DNA of 64,000 nucleotides from an uncultured Nitrospiraceae bacterium (GCA_963727805.1 CAVSHF010000005.1:768001-832000), one strand, 5' to 3'; positions 21,815 to 31,833 are shown, counted from the first letter of the stretch. Numbers and translations are program-made. The notes: a model not told the origin generated them from the sequence alone.

Positions 21815-22569
21815 TATGAGCCCCCGCATAGCCTTGTCCGCTACTTGATCATCGCCTTTATCCCATTCATCAAAATTAACCCAGTGGTTTTCACCGCATA
21901 AAAAATTCCTCAGAGTACGATGTTGTTATTGTATCACAATCAATCCTGTTGTATTGACAAGCACTTAAGATCATCATACTATGCGACTGGCCCACAAGAT
22001 TGAATGAAGAGAGAGATGGCCAAGCGAGATATTTTGTACCGTATAGTCAGGCAAAAAAGGGGAGATAACAAGCAGCCCTTCCTATCCATTAGCGTCTCAC
22101 CCGGCTTCGATCTGGTGTTCCCGCAGTGAAAGGACGCGGCTGATTTCAACAAATGAGCCGTAGGCAGCCTGTTTTTACGTTTATGAATTGGGGATCCTAT
22201 CGACCAAGGTTCTTTATGGTGCATGTGGACAACCGCATTGTTGCCGCTACTCTGAGAGGTCAGTTTTCAGAACATAACAGTCATCCAGTGTTGCTTCTTC
22301 GATTCGTGTATCGTTGTCTACAGCTAGGTCTATCTCTTTGCAGATGCTGAGATTCGACCTTATTCTGACATTTTAGAAGTTCACTCTTTTCACAAGATCA
22401 CAAGACACCTACAGCCTTTGTTCGGTAAGTGTTGTTTTCAAAAGGACTGCGGATAGGGCAAGGCTGCAGGATCTATATTCAAACAACATCTAAAGATGCT
22501 TCTAAAGCGTTTCATTCAATCTAAACGAGGGAGCTGGAGCTGTTCTATCAGAAATTCATCACAATAATC

Positions 22570-22601
22570 AAAAAAAGGAGATGCGGATTCCGTAACCCCC
22601 T
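22570..22601 (-). terminator. Probable terminator after the tRNA pair
   Basis: Imperfect GC stem (GGGGTTACGG/CCGCATCTCC) followed by a T7 run on the minus strand. Confidence 0.5.
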
Positions 22602-22609
22602 GATTTTAT

Positions 22610-22687
22610 TGGCGTCCCCAACCGGATTCGAACCGGTGTTACCGCCGTGAAAGGGCGATGTCCTAAACCAGGCTAGACGATGGGGAC
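22610..22687 (-). tRNA. tRNA-Glu (TTC)
   Basis: GTCCCCATCGTCTAG...CT-TTC-AC...GGTTCGAATCC...GGGGACGCCA; CCA encoded. Confidence 0.97.
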
Positions 22688-22749
22688 AAAATGATTTAAG
22701 ATCCCGGATTCATCATAATTATCCATAATCTTAAATCGGCAGTTCAAAA

Positions 22750-22822
22750 TGAGCCGCGTTGGATTCGAACCAACGACCCACGCCTTAAAAGGGCGTTGCT
22801 CTACCAACTGAGCTAGCGGCCC
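22750..22822 (-). tRNA. tRNA-Lys (TTT)
   Basis: GGGCCGCTAGCTCAGTTGGTAGAGC...CT-TTT-AA...GGTTCGAATCC...GCGGCTCA; CCA not encoded. Confidence 0.97.
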
Positions 22823-22944
22823 TCATGGCGCACGCCGCGCCAAAGAGATAATAAATTTACTATTAATAAGGCTTGTTTGTCAATAATTGCAGCACAAGAC
22901 AGAATCGTAGAAGCAAAAACCTCAAATTACGTCCGGACTTCTGT

Positions 22945-24882
22945 CTACTTCCACTTGGTATGGGGGAGCAGGCCGCCCTTAAGTATCAGTTCCCTTTCCC
23001 TGTTGTTAAGATTTACTGTCACTTCAAAAGAGTATCCCTTCGTGACATTTTCGACCGTGCAAGTCTGACTTTGAGTGGTCGCATTAACTGCGTCTTTGAT
23101 TGAAAGCAGGTCTCCCTGCTCAACTTTCTCATAATCCTGCTCTGATTTAAACAGCAACGGCAGGACACCGAAATTGATGAGGTTTGCTCGGTGAATCCGC
23201 GCAAACGACTTTGTGATGACCGCCTGCAGGCCTAGGTACATCGGAGCAATTGCAGCGTGCTCGCGGGAGGAACCCTGGCCGTAATTCTCGCCGCCAATAA
23301 CGATAGCGCCGCCTTTCCCCTTTGCAGCACTTGCACGACTGCTGAAGGTATCATCAATATTCTCAAAGACAAACTCTGCAATCGCCGGAATATTCGAACG
23401 GTAAGGAAGCACCTTTGAACCCGCAGGCATGATATCATCGGTGGTGATATTATTGCCGAGTTTCAAAAGCACTTCCGCTCTGATTTCAGATTTCAGCGCC
23501 TCTTTCACCGGCACCTCTTTGATATTAGGCCCTTTAATAACCTTTACGTCCTTCGTGTCCGCTATCGGCTTAATGAGGAGGTTGTCATTGATCAGAAACC
23601 GCTCAGGCTCTTGCATCGCCTCTATCGTAATGCCAGAGTCTCTCGGATCGATCATCTCGCCCTTCAGGGCCATGATCGTGCATGCGACAGGATTCGTAAG
23701 ATAGATAAGAGCGTCCTTTGTCCCCGATCTCCCCTGGAAATTCCGGTTGTAAGACCTGATCGATACTTGCCCCGAACCCGGCGCGCCACCCATGCCGATG
23801 CAAGGACCGCAGGAGGCCTCGAGCATACGCGAACCAGCCGCGATCATGTTCGCAATCGCTCCTTCGCGCATGAGCATTTCGTAAACCTGCTTTGAGCCGG
23901 GATTGATCAACAGATTCACCCCTTTTGCCACGGTCCGCCCTTCAAGAATCGCGGCGACCGATTTCATGCCATGATAGGACGAGTTGGTGCAGCTGCCTAT
24001 GCAGACTTGATCAACCTTAATGCCAGCAATCTCCCGAATGGGCACGACATTGTCAGGACTATGTGGCTGGGCGATCATCGGCTCGATGGAGCCGAGATCA
24101 AGGTCGATAATCTCTGCATATGCCGCGTCATCATCAGCCTTCATTTCGATCCAGTCCTTTTCTCTGCCCTCAGCCCTGAGATAAGCCAGGGAATTTTCGT
24201 CACTCGGGAATATTGAGGTCGTAGCGCCCAGTTCTGCCCCCATATTGGTGATCGTCGCCCTTTCGGTGACATTGAGGTCCTTGACGCCGGGGCCTCCATA
24301 TTCGACTATCTTGCCCACTCCTCCCTTGACGGTAAGCATTCTAAGGAGAGTGAGTATTACGTCCATAGCGCTCACATAAGGCTTCCGCAGCTTACCTGTT
24401 AACCGGACTAGAACAACCTTTGGCATCATCATCTCAAAGGGCGCTCCTGCCATAACAGTCGCCGCCTCAAGTCCCCCCACGCCAATGGCGATCATGCCCA
24501 TGCCGCCGCCTGTCGGAGTATGGCTGTCGGTGCCAAGGGCAATATTTCCAGGGGCCGCAAATCTTTCGAGGTGGATTTGATGACAGATGCCGTTGCCCGG
24601 TCTCGAAAACCAAGCGCCAAATTTTTCTGCCGCGGTTTGAAGGAAAAGATGATCGTCAGCGTTCATGAAATTCGACTGGAGCATATTGTGATCGACATAC
24701 GAAACAGCCAAAGGGACCCTCACCCTATCGATCCCGATGGCCTCGAACTCAAGCCAGGTCATGGTACCAGTAGCGTCCTGAGTATAGACTTGGTCCACAT
24801 TTAATACAATAGGTCGCCCCACCGATATCTCTCCCTCAACCTTATGAGCTTCAAATATCTTCTCTACAATGTTTTTTCCCAT
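22945..24882 (-). CDS. Aconitate hydratase (645-aa single-chain type)
   Basis: QDATGT, DHN, GICHQ, DSHT, IGSCTN, CGPCIG, NYGQGSSREHAA. Confidence 0.92.
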   Translation of the reverse strand: MGKNIVEKIFEAHKVEGEISVGRPIVLNVDQVYTQDATGTMTWLEFEAIGIDRVRVPLAVSYVDHNMLQSNFMNADDHLFLQTAAEKFGAWFSRPGNGICHQIHLERFAAPGNIALGTDSHTPTGGGMGMIAIGVGGLEAATVMAGAPFEMMMPKVVLVRLTGKLRKPYVSAMDVILTLLRMLTVKGGVGKIVEYGGPGVKDLNVTERATITNMGAELGATTSIFPSDENSLAYLRAEGREKDWIEMKADDDAAYAEIIDLDLGSIEPMIAQPHSPDNVVPIREIAGIKVDQVCIGSCTNSSYHGMKSVAAILEGRTVAKGVNLLINPGSKQVYEMLMREGAIANMIAAGSRMLEASCGPCIGMGGAPGSGQVSIRSYNRNFQGRSGTKDALIYLTNPVACTIMALKGEMIDPRDSGITIEAMQEPERFLINDNLLIKPIADTKDVKVIKGPNIKEVPVKEALKSEIRAEVLLKLGNNITTDDIMPAGSKVLPYRSNIPAIAEFVFENIDDTFSSRASAAKGKGGAIVIGGENYGQGSSREHAAIAPMYLGLQAVITKSFARIHRANLINFGVLPLLFKSEQDYEKVEQGDLLSIKDAVNATTQSQTCTVENVTKGYSFEVTVNLNNRERELILKGGLLPHTKWK

Positions 24883-25051
24883 TCTTCCCTCTCTTTATAT
24901 TAGCAATCGAATTTACGCGGCTTACACCAGATATGCCGAAATCCGCCAGCGCCGTCCTACTGCGAGTGGCGGTAATAGGGGATTTTTTGACTATTTGCGC
25001 ATTATTATGTTAAAAAAATAGATAAAAAATCAATCAAGCAAGAGGTCAGTC

Positions 25052-26308
25052 ATGCATTTCTTCCTCTACAAAAAGGGCGAACTCTATGCTGAAGATGTTC
25101 CGGTTAGAAAAATCGTCGCCCAATTCGGCACTCCGGTGTACATATACAGTACTGGCACCCTTGTAAGACACTTTAGAGCCTATGATGAAGCCTTTGACGG
25201 TAAGCCTCATATCATCTGCTTCGCTCTCAAGGCCAACTCAAATTCTGCGCTCATAAGGCTTTTTGCAAAACAGGGTTCGGGTGCCGATGTAGTATCGGGA
25301 GGGGAACTCTTCCGGGCACTAAAGGCCGGGGTACCCGCAAAAAAAATCGTATACGCCGGCGTCGGAAAGACCGGGGATGAGATCAGGTATGCTCTCAAGA
25401 ATAAGATACTGATGTTCAATGTGGAGTCTGAAAATGAATTGCGCGAGATCGACCGCATCGCCGGGGATATGAAGGTCAAGGCCCCTATTGCGCTCCGAAT
25501 CAATCCTGATATAGACCCGCAAACCCATCCCTATATCTCAACAGGATTGAAGAAACATAAATTCGGAATACCCATCGAGTATGCCCTTGAGCATTATAAG
25601 TTCGCCAAGAGCCTGAAAAATACGGCCGTGATAGGCATTCACAAACATATCGGGTCTCAGCTCACTAAATTATCCCCCTTCGTGGATTCTCTAAAGAGGA
25701 TACTGCTCCTTATAGACGAGCTTGCGAAGCATAGAATAAAAATCGATTACCTGGACGTCGGCGGTGGGTTGGGCATCACGTATTTCGATGAGGAGCCACC
25801 GCAGCCGAAAGACTTGGCAAAACAGATACTCCCGATGCTCAAAAATCGCGATTTAACTCTGGTTATGGAGCCCGGAAGGTCACTGGTCGGAAACGCGGGC
25901 ATTCTCATCACGAAAACCCTTTACCTGAAAGAAGGTGAAGAAAAAAATTTCATCATTGTTGACGCAGGGATGAACGACCTAATGCGGCCTTCCTTATATG
26001 ATGCGTACCATCATATTCAACCCGTCGTGAAAAGCAAACGTAGTACCATCATCGCAGATATCGTCGGACCTATTTGTGAATCGGGCGATTTTCTCGCTAA
26101 AAACCGCGAAGTCCGGAAGGTCAAACAAGGGGAATATCTTGCTGTCATGAGCGCCGGCGCCTATGGTTTTTCGATGTCATCAAACTACAACAGCCGCCCC
26201 AGGGCCGCTGAAGTAATGGTGCGTGGCAAAGAGTTTGCGCTCGTCCGCAAACGCGAGTCTCTTAACGATCTTCTGCATGGTGAACTGATACCGGATTTTG
26301 TCCGATGA
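25052..26308 (+). CDS. lysA: Diaminopimelate decarboxylase
   Basis: FALKAN, HIGSQ, EPGRS, GPICESGD, MSSNYNSRPR. Confidence 0.97.
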   Translation: MHFFLYKKGELYAEDVPVRKIVAQFGTPVYIYSTGTLVRHFRAYDEAFDGKPHIICFALKANSNSALIRLFAKQGSGADVVSGGELFRALKAGVPAKKIVYAGVGKTGDEIRYALKNKILMFNVESENELREIDRIAGDMKVKAPIALRINPDIDPQTHPYISTGLKKHKFGIPIEYALEHYKFAKSLKNTAVIGIHKHIGSQLTKLSPFVDSLKRILLLIDELAKHRIKIDYLDVGGGLGITYFDEEPPQPKDLAKQILPMLKNRDLTLVMEPGRSLVGNAGILITKTLYLKEGEEKNFIIVDAGMNDLMRPSLYDAYHHIQPVVKSKRSTIIADIVGPICESGDFLAKNREVRKVKQGEYLAVMSAGAYGFSMSSNYNSRPRAAEVMVRGKEFALVRKRESLNDLLHGELIPDFVR

Positions 26309-27135
26309 TGATATCCTTCACCAAGATGCATGGCACCGGCAACGACTTCATCATTATCGACTGCAGATCCTTCGAACTGCCTAATCCGGCCGGTTTTTCG
26401 GTTAGGTCTTGTCACCGGAGGTTCGGCATCGGGGCCGATCAGGTGCTACTCATTTATCCATCCAATGTCGCCGATTTCAGGATGGAGATTTACAACGCCG
26501 ATGGCGGAGAGGTTGAGATGTGCGGTAACGGTATCCGTTGTTTTGCGAAATATGTTTGGGATCGGAATCTTTCCGGCAAGAAGGTGCTCGAAATTGAAAC
26601 CCTTGCTGGAATCATCAGGCCTGAACGCTCGGGCACTGACGTCCGGGTGGACATGGGGGAGCCGGTCCTTGAGTCCCAAAGAATACCGGTGAATATCCAA
26701 TCGTCAATACCTGTAATCGATCACCCCCTAAGTGTCCACGGAAGGGAATTCAGATTAACCCTCGTTTCGATGGGCAACCCCCATGCGATTATCTTCCTTG
26801 ATGAAGATGTATTGAAATTCCCGGTAGCGACGTATGGCCCCGAGATAGAACATCACCCTCTTTTCCCTAAACGGACGAACGTGGAGTTTGTCAATGTGAT
26901 AAACAGAAACGAATTGATCATGAGAGTATGGGAGAGGGGTTCGGGAGAGACAATGGCCTGCGGCACAGGCGCAACTGCAACCGGCATAGCCGCTATGATT
27001 AAAGGACTAACGGAAAGACAGGTGGCCGTCAAGTTGGTCGGCGGGAACCTCTTTATTGAATGGGCAGACAACAATCATGCTTATATGACAGGCCCCGCAG
27101 TTGAGGTCTTCGAAGGAGTGATACGATATGAATGA
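26305..27135 (+). CDS. dapF: Diaminopimelate epimerase
   Basis: KMHGTGNDF, EMCGNGIRC, GNPH, ERGSGETMACGTGA. Confidence 0.97.
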   Translation: MMISFTKMHGTGNDFIIIDCRSFELPNPAGFSVRSCHRRFGIGADQVLLIYPSNVADFRMEIYNADGGEVEMCGNGIRCFAKYVWDRNLSGKKVLEIETLAGIIRPERSGTDVRVDMGEPVLESQRIPVNIQSSIPVIDHPLSVHGREFRLTLVSMGNPHAIIFLDEDVLKFPVATYGPEIEHHPLFPKRTNVEFVNVINRNELIMRVWERGSGETMACGTGATATGIAAMIKGLTERQVAVKLVGGNLFIEWADNNHAYMTGPAVEVFEGVIRYE

Positions 27136-27394
27136 AGAACGAAGAAAACACCCCAGAAGGTCTTGTGAGCTCACGGTCCCCTTTACCGTCGGCGGGCTCG
27201 AAAGCAAGGAATCCGGAAAGTTGTTCCTTTATGGTGACACAATCGACATTAGCGCAACTGGCCTTTGCATCACCACCGACTATCCACTCGAACCGGGACA
27301 AGTTCTCTCCTTTGGCAACCAGCGTCTAGTTGCAGTTGTCAAATGGGGGGGGAAGTTGGATAATTCCTACAGAGTTGGTATAAAGTTCATATAA
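27128..27394 (+). CDS. Stand-alone PilZ-domain protein
   Basis: RxxxR (ERRKHPR) and DxSxxG (DISATG) motifs, C-terminal GIKF. Confidence 0.88.
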   Translation: MNEERRKHPRRSCELTVPFTVGGLESKESGKLFLYGDTIDISATGLCITTDYPLEPGQVLSFGNQRLVAVVKWGGKLDNSYRVGIKFI

Positions 27395-27413
27395 CCCTTG
27401 GCAGGAGGAGCTC

Positions 27414-28286
27414 ATGTTTAAAGGTTCATTTGTAGCCATAGTAACTCCATTTAAAAATGGCGTATTCGATGAAAAAGCATACGGCGAACTGATTGAATGG
27501 CACATCAATCAGGGCACCCACGGCATTGTCCCCTGCGGGACAACAGGCGAAGCCTCAACTCTCGACTTTGATGAGCACTATCGGGTCATCGAGGTGGCCG
27601 TCAAGGCCGCGAAGAAAAGGATACCAGTTATCGCCGGTACAGGAGCCAATTCGACTGATGAGGCAGTCCTTATTACCCAAAAGGCGGAGAAGCTCGGTGC
27701 TGATGCCGCTCTTGTGGTTACCCCCTATTACAACAAGCCGACCCAAGAAGGTCTCTTTCTGCATTTCAAGGCTGTTGCCGAGGCTGTCGATATACCGATC
27801 GTCCTCTACAATGTACCCGGGAGGACCGCCGTCAATTTGCTGCCTGCAACTGTGGCTAAACTTCTCGAATTCAAGAATATAGTCGGCATAAAGGAAGCGA
27901 CAGGCGACATGAGACAGGCCAGCGATCTGATACGCCTTTGCGGCGACAGGCTTGTGATCATCTCAGGAGACGATTTCACCACCTTCCCTATGCTTGCACT
28001 CGGCGGCAAAGGAGTTATATCCGTTACGGCTAACATCGCGCCGAAAGATTCGGCCGATATGTATAATGCATGGGAACGGGGAGACATTGCCAAGGCAAGA
28101 CAACTGCACTACAAACTAGAACCCTTGAACGCGGCCATGTTCATCGAGACAAATCCAATTCCGGTAAAGTCCGCTCTGGCCTTGATGGGGAAAATTGGGG
28201 AAGAGTTCAGACTCCCCCTCTGCGCTATGTCTCCGGCAAACAAAGAGAAGCTCAGGGGAGTGCTGAAAGATGCCGGACTCATCTAG
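27414..28286 (+). CDS. dapA: 4-hydroxy-tetrahydrodipicolinate synthase
   Basis: GTTGE, PYYNKP, LYNVPGRT, GIKEA, ETNPIPVK. Confidence 0.97.
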   Translation: MFKGSFVAIVTPFKNGVFDEKAYGELIEWHINQGTHGIVPCGTTGEASTLDFDEHYRVIEVAVKAAKKRIPVIAGTGANSTDEAVLITQKAEKLGADAALVVTPYYNKPTQEGLFLHFKAVAEAVDIPIVLYNVPGRTAVNLLPATVAKLLEFKNIVGIKEATGDMRQASDLIRLCGDRLVIISGDDFTTFPMLALGGKGVISVTANIAPKDSADMYNAWERGDIAKARQLHYKLEPLNAAMFIETNPIPVKSALALMGKIGEEFRLPLCAMSPANKEKLRGVLKDAGLI

Positions 28287-28342
28287 GGGGAAAAGTGAGA
28301 AGTAAGGAACTGAGAGCCAAGAGTGGACACTCTAGAGTTCCG

Positions 28343-28861
28343 ATGTATTTTTTCATGTTCTTACTTCTGACTTGCTCCTTTTTGCTTTCTACTTCCAAAG
28401 GATTCAGCGAGAATCCGTCTCCCTACGCCATCGAAAGCCTTTCGGGTCAGAAGGCGCCTGACTTTACGCTTAAAGACCTTGACGGCAAGTCCGTTACTCT
28501 CGCATCGCACAGGGGAAAGGTTGTAATACTCGTTTTCTGGGCTTCTTGGTGCCCGCCCTGTAAGGATGAACTTCAATCATTGAATAAGCTGTACAACATG
28601 TATAAGAACAAGGGGCTCGTCATTCTTGCAGTATCGTCCGACAGGTCACTATCGTCGGTGAAAGATTTCATAGCTCAGAACCCGGTGACCTATACCATCC
28701 TCTTTGATGAAAAGCTTTCCATATCGAGAGACCTTTACAAGGCCTTCATGGTGCCCACTACCTTTGTGATAGACAGGAGAGGGACTATCTTTAGAAAACA
28801 TTTTGGCGAACAGGATTGGACCAAGCCGACGCTTGTCAAAGAGATCGACACCTTGCTCTAA
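28343..28861 (+). CDS. TlpA/ResA-like thiol-disulfide oxidoreductase
   Basis: Signal-like N-terminus, APDFTLKDLDG, FWASWCPPCKDE, VPTTFVID. The start is uncertain (28295 GTG or 28343 ATG). Confidence 0.88.
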   Translation: MYFFMFLLLTCSFLLSTSKGFSENPSPYAIESLSGQKAPDFTLKDLDGKSVTLASHRGKVVILVFWASWCPPCKDELQSLNKLYNMYKNKGLVILAVSSDRSLSSVKDFIAQNPVTYTILFDEKLSISRDLYKAFMVPTTFVIDRRGTIFRKHFGEQDWTKPTLVKEIDTLL

Positions 28862-28869
28862 CCTGCAAC

Positions 28870-28956
28870 TTACACCTTCAGTTCCGATGCATACTGAGAA
28901 CAGCGTGTCGCCTTCAGAGGGATAGCCGAAAGACAGAAAAGGTATTCCTTTGTGTG
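28870..28956 (-). pseudogene. Degenerate second copy of the mscL C-terminal zinc-ribbon tail
   Basis: HTKEYLFCLSAIPLKATRCSQYASELKV* aligns with the MscL tail TTKDCPYCLSVIQIKATRCAHCTADLKVS*. Confidence 0.7.
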
Positions 28957-29039
28957 GCAAGGGGCTAATGTTTTCCCCGAAAGAAAGTCTTTAAGACAGC
29001 CCAGCCTTTTCTGCAATTTATCACGCATCTCCTGCGACA

Positions 29040-29196
29040 TGAAGGGTGTCATCAGGATATCCTTAAAGCCTAAACTGGCGTAACGCACAACCCCAATCAA
29101 GAGTTCACATGAATGCATCGCATATCAAGGAAAAGATAACGGCACGGCGTATATCCCCGCCCTGAAGAGACGGGGTTATATGCTGCTTTCTGATAA
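29040..29196 (+). mobile_element. IS200/IS605-like end hairpin with possible tnpA 3' relic
   Basis: GGCGTATATCCCCGCCCTGAAGAGACGGGGTTATATGCTG...TGATAA resembles IS200/IS605 subterminal hairpins; the upstream frame reads TPIKSSHECIAYQGK. Confidence 0.5.
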
Positions 29197-29220
29197 ATAT
29201 AACGTTACAACAGTTGCCGT

Positions 29221-29676
29221 CTAAGATACCTTCAAATCAGCCGTGCAGTGAGCACAACGAGTCGCCTTAATTTGTATGACAGATAGACAGTAAGGGCAAT
29301 CTTTCGTTGTCGGCAGAGTGGGCGGGGCCTCTTCCTGTCTCTTAAGCTTATTTATATTGCGGACAACGATAAAAACTGAAAAAGCGATAATCAGGAAACT
29401 GATAATTGTATTGATAAAAATACCGATGTTGAGAGTGACCGCACCGGCAGCCTTGGCGGCGGCGACAGACCCATATGGTCCAGGAACTTTGCCTTCTTTC
29501 AGCAGCAAGAAAAGATTTGCAAAATCAACATTCCCTAAGAGGAGTCCGATTGGGGGCATGATTATATCTGCCACGAGTGAAGTGATTATGGTGCCAAAAG
29601 CCGCACCAATAACGATGCCAACTGCCATGTCAATCATATTGCCCTTCATTGCAAATTCTTTGAAATCCTTAAACAT
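29221..29676 (-). CDS. mscL: Large-conductance mechanosensitive channel with C-terminal CxxC...CxxC tail
   Basis: FKEFAMKGNMIDMAVGIVIGAAFG, IIMPPIG, FINTIISFLI. Confidence 0.95.
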   Translation of the reverse strand: MFKDFKEFAMKGNMIDMAVGIVIGAAFGTIITSLVADIIMPPIGLLLGNVDFANLFLLLKEGKVPGPYGSVAAAKAAGAVTLNIGIFINTIISFLIIAFSVFIVVRNINKLKRQEEAPPTLPTTKDCPYCLSVIQIKATRCAHCTADLKVS

Positions 29677-29803
29677 CGCATATCTCCTTTACTGAGATTT
29701 TGATGATCGCTGCTGCATCTAACCGATACCGATAAGATATTCTATATTTACCATGTAATAGAAGACGAGTCAAGGAAAGCATTGCCCGCGCCGATTGAGA
29801 GAT

Positions 29804-30781
29804 TCAATAGAGGTGGCAGGCGACTGACGATTCTCCAGTCCTCTGGAATTCAGGGATAATTTTATCGCAGGGATCGAATCTCTTCGGACAGCGGGGATGA
29901 AAAGGACAGCCCGATGGGACATCGACAGCGCTGGGAACGTCGCTCGAATCCGTTGACGGCCTTGAGTCCCTCGGAAATGGTCCCGAATGGTATCTCAATT
30001 TCGGTGCAGACGAAAGCAATAGTTCGGTATAGGGGTGTTTCGGTGCATTGAACAGGTCATCGGTTTTACCTGTTTCGACGATCTTTCCAAGATACATGAC
30101 CGCCACCTCATCACTCAGGTATCGGACCACCCTGAGGTCATGGCTGATGAAAACCATCGAAATTGCGGTAGTCTTTTTGATCTCTTGGAGAAGATTAAGT
30201 ATCTGCGCCTGAATCGAGACATCGAGGGCAGAAAGGGGTTCGTCAGCAATGATAAGTTCAGGCGAAACGCTGAGCGCCCTTGCGATACATATCCTTTGAC
30301 GCTGGCCGCCGCTGAATTCATGGGGGTATTTAGTAAGCACGTCCTGATTCAATCCCACCTTATTAAGCAAGTCAACCACCCTGTCTTTGATTTCGCGTCG
30401 GGGGATGATATTGTGGATCATGTAAGGTTCAGAGAGGGTATCGATGGTCCTCATCCGAGGATTAAGGGAAGCAAAGGGGTCCTGAAAGACGATTTGGACC
30501 GACCTCCGGAATCGCCGCAACTCGTCGCCTTTGATAGCAGAGATATCGAATCCCTTAAAAAATATTTTACCTGAATTAAGGGGAATCAACTTAAGGATAA
30601 GCCGTGCAACGGTCGACTTCCCGCACCCGCTCTCGCCAACGAGAGCAAAGATTGTCTCCTTCTTCACCTTGAAACTGACACCGTCGACTGCCTTGAGCCA
30701 TTTTTGTGTTTGTCCAAGGCCCGTCCTGACGGAGAATTGCTTCCCTATATCTCGGACGTCCAATAAAAGATTAGGACTCAT
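29804..30781 (-). CDS. Oligopeptide/dipeptide ABC transporter ATP-binding protein (OppF/DppF-like)
   Basis: GESGCGKS, FQDPFASLNPR, FSGGQRQR, DEP, GCPFHPRC. Confidence 0.93.
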   Translation of the reverse strand: MSPNLLLDVRDIGKQFSVRTGLGQTQKWLKAVDGVSFKVKKETIFALVGESGCGKSTVARLILKLIPLNSGKIFFKGFDISAIKGDELRRFRRSVQIVFQDPFASLNPRMRTIDTLSEPYMIHNIIPRREIKDRVVDLLNKVGLNQDVLTKYPHEFSGGQRQRICIARALSVSPELIIADEPLSALDVSIQAQILNLLQEIKKTTAISMVFISHDLRVVRYLSDEVAVMYLGKIVETGKTDDLFNAPKHPYTELLLSSAPKLRYHSGPFPRDSRPSTDSSDVPSAVDVPSGCPFHPRCPKRFDPCDKIIPEFQRTGESSVACHLY

Positions 30782-30805
30782 GCTTATGATGTTGTCGGTC
30801 TCTTT

Positions 30806-30842
30806 CAACCCCTCAACTCCCTAACTCTGTAACCCCTCAACT
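30806..30842. repeat. Degenerate 8-bp tandem repeat between the ABC ATPase genes
   Basis: CAACCCCT CAACTCCC TAACTCTG TAACCCCT CAACT. Confidence 0.65.
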
Positions 30843-31799
30843 TATATGCACCCTTATGCACCGCACAAAATGGCCCTCTGCGACCTCCTCGAGTTCAGGC
30901 TCTGCCATCCGGCATGTATCGATGGCTCTCGGACATCTGTCTGAAAATTTACACCCCTGTGGATAAAGATCGGGAGATGGGACAAATCCGGATATCGGCT
31001 TCAGGGGGACTCCTCTTTTATCCGGCAGCGACTGCAGGAGCCCAATAGTATAAGGATGTAGGGTATTGCGGAAAAGTTCTTCAACGGTAGAGAGCTCCAT
31101 AATCCGTCCTGCATACATGACCGCCACCCGGTCCGCCTGCTCGGATATAATACTCAGGTCATGGGTAATTAGGAAGATTGCCATGCCGCGCTCCCGTCTT
31201 AATCCTTGCAGTAAATCGAGTATCTGTGCCTGTATGGTCACATCGAGGGCCGTTGTCGGCTCATCGGCAATCAGCAACTTTGGGTTGCAGGCTATGGCAA
31301 TCGCAATCATTACCCTCTGTCGCATACCACCCGAAAGCTGATGCGGATAATCCTTGATACGCGTTTCCGGCGAGGAAATCTTTACAGCTCTCAGAAGCTC
31401 TACCGCCTTCTTTATGGCATCTCTCTTCGATATCGAAAAATGAGCAAACAGCGCTTCGGCAATCTGATAACCGACCGTCAGAACCGGATTGAGCGAAGTC
31501 ATCGGTTCCTGAAAGACAATTGAGATGTCCTTACCCCTGATTGATCGCATCTCATCTTCATGGAGAGAAAGCAGGTTTTTCTCCTCAAATATAATGCTCC
31601 CTTCTGCAAAGGCATTTCCGGGCAGGATGCGCAGGATGGAAAGTGCGGTCATGCTCTTGCCGCTGCCGCTCTCGCCGACAAGACCAAATATCTCCGCCTT
31701 GCCGATGTCAAGAGAAATACCGGAGACTACCGTTAACGGATTATGGTCCGATCTAAAGGAAACCGAGAGGTCCCTGACATTCAGAAGTTTGTCGGACAT
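30837..31799 (-). CDS. Oligopeptide/dipeptide ABC transporter ATP-binding protein (OppD/DppD-like)
   Basis: GESGSGKS, FQEPMTSLNP, LSGGMRQR, DEPTTALD, GCKFSDRC. Confidence 0.93.
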   Translation of the reverse strand: MSDKLLNVRDLSVSFRSDHNPLTVVSGISLDIGKAEIFGLVGESGSGKSMTALSILRILPGNAFAEGSIIFEEKNLLSLHEDEMRSIRGKDISIVFQEPMTSLNPVLTVGYQIAEALFAHFSISKRDAIKKAVELLRAVKISSPETRIKDYPHQLSGGMRQRVMIAIAIACNPKLLIADEPTTALDVTIQAQILDLLQGLRRERGMAIFLITHDLSIISEQADRVAVMYAGRIMELSTVEELFRNTLHPYTIGLLQSLPDKRGVPLKPISGFVPSPDLYPQGCKFSDRCPRAIDTCRMAEPELEEVAEGHFVRCIRVHIS

Positions 31800-31833
31800 A
31801 TAGAGGCATGATAAGGTTTTAAATGGGTGGTTG

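Noticed and set aside
22110..22180. GAAAGGACGC segment as a possible c-di-GMP-I riboswitch
   Set aside because: The GCAAA/GCAAAGC elements and paired P1/P2 stems could not be built; a covariance search would be needed.
24943..24972. CCGCCA...TGGCGG hairpin between aconitase and lysA as a lysine riboswitch
   Set aside because: Far too short and lacks L-box architecture; at most a simple stem-loop.
28070..28294. Long N-terminal extension of the TlpA ORF
   Set aside because: Overlaps dapA out of frame; the signal-like sequence begins at 28295-28343.
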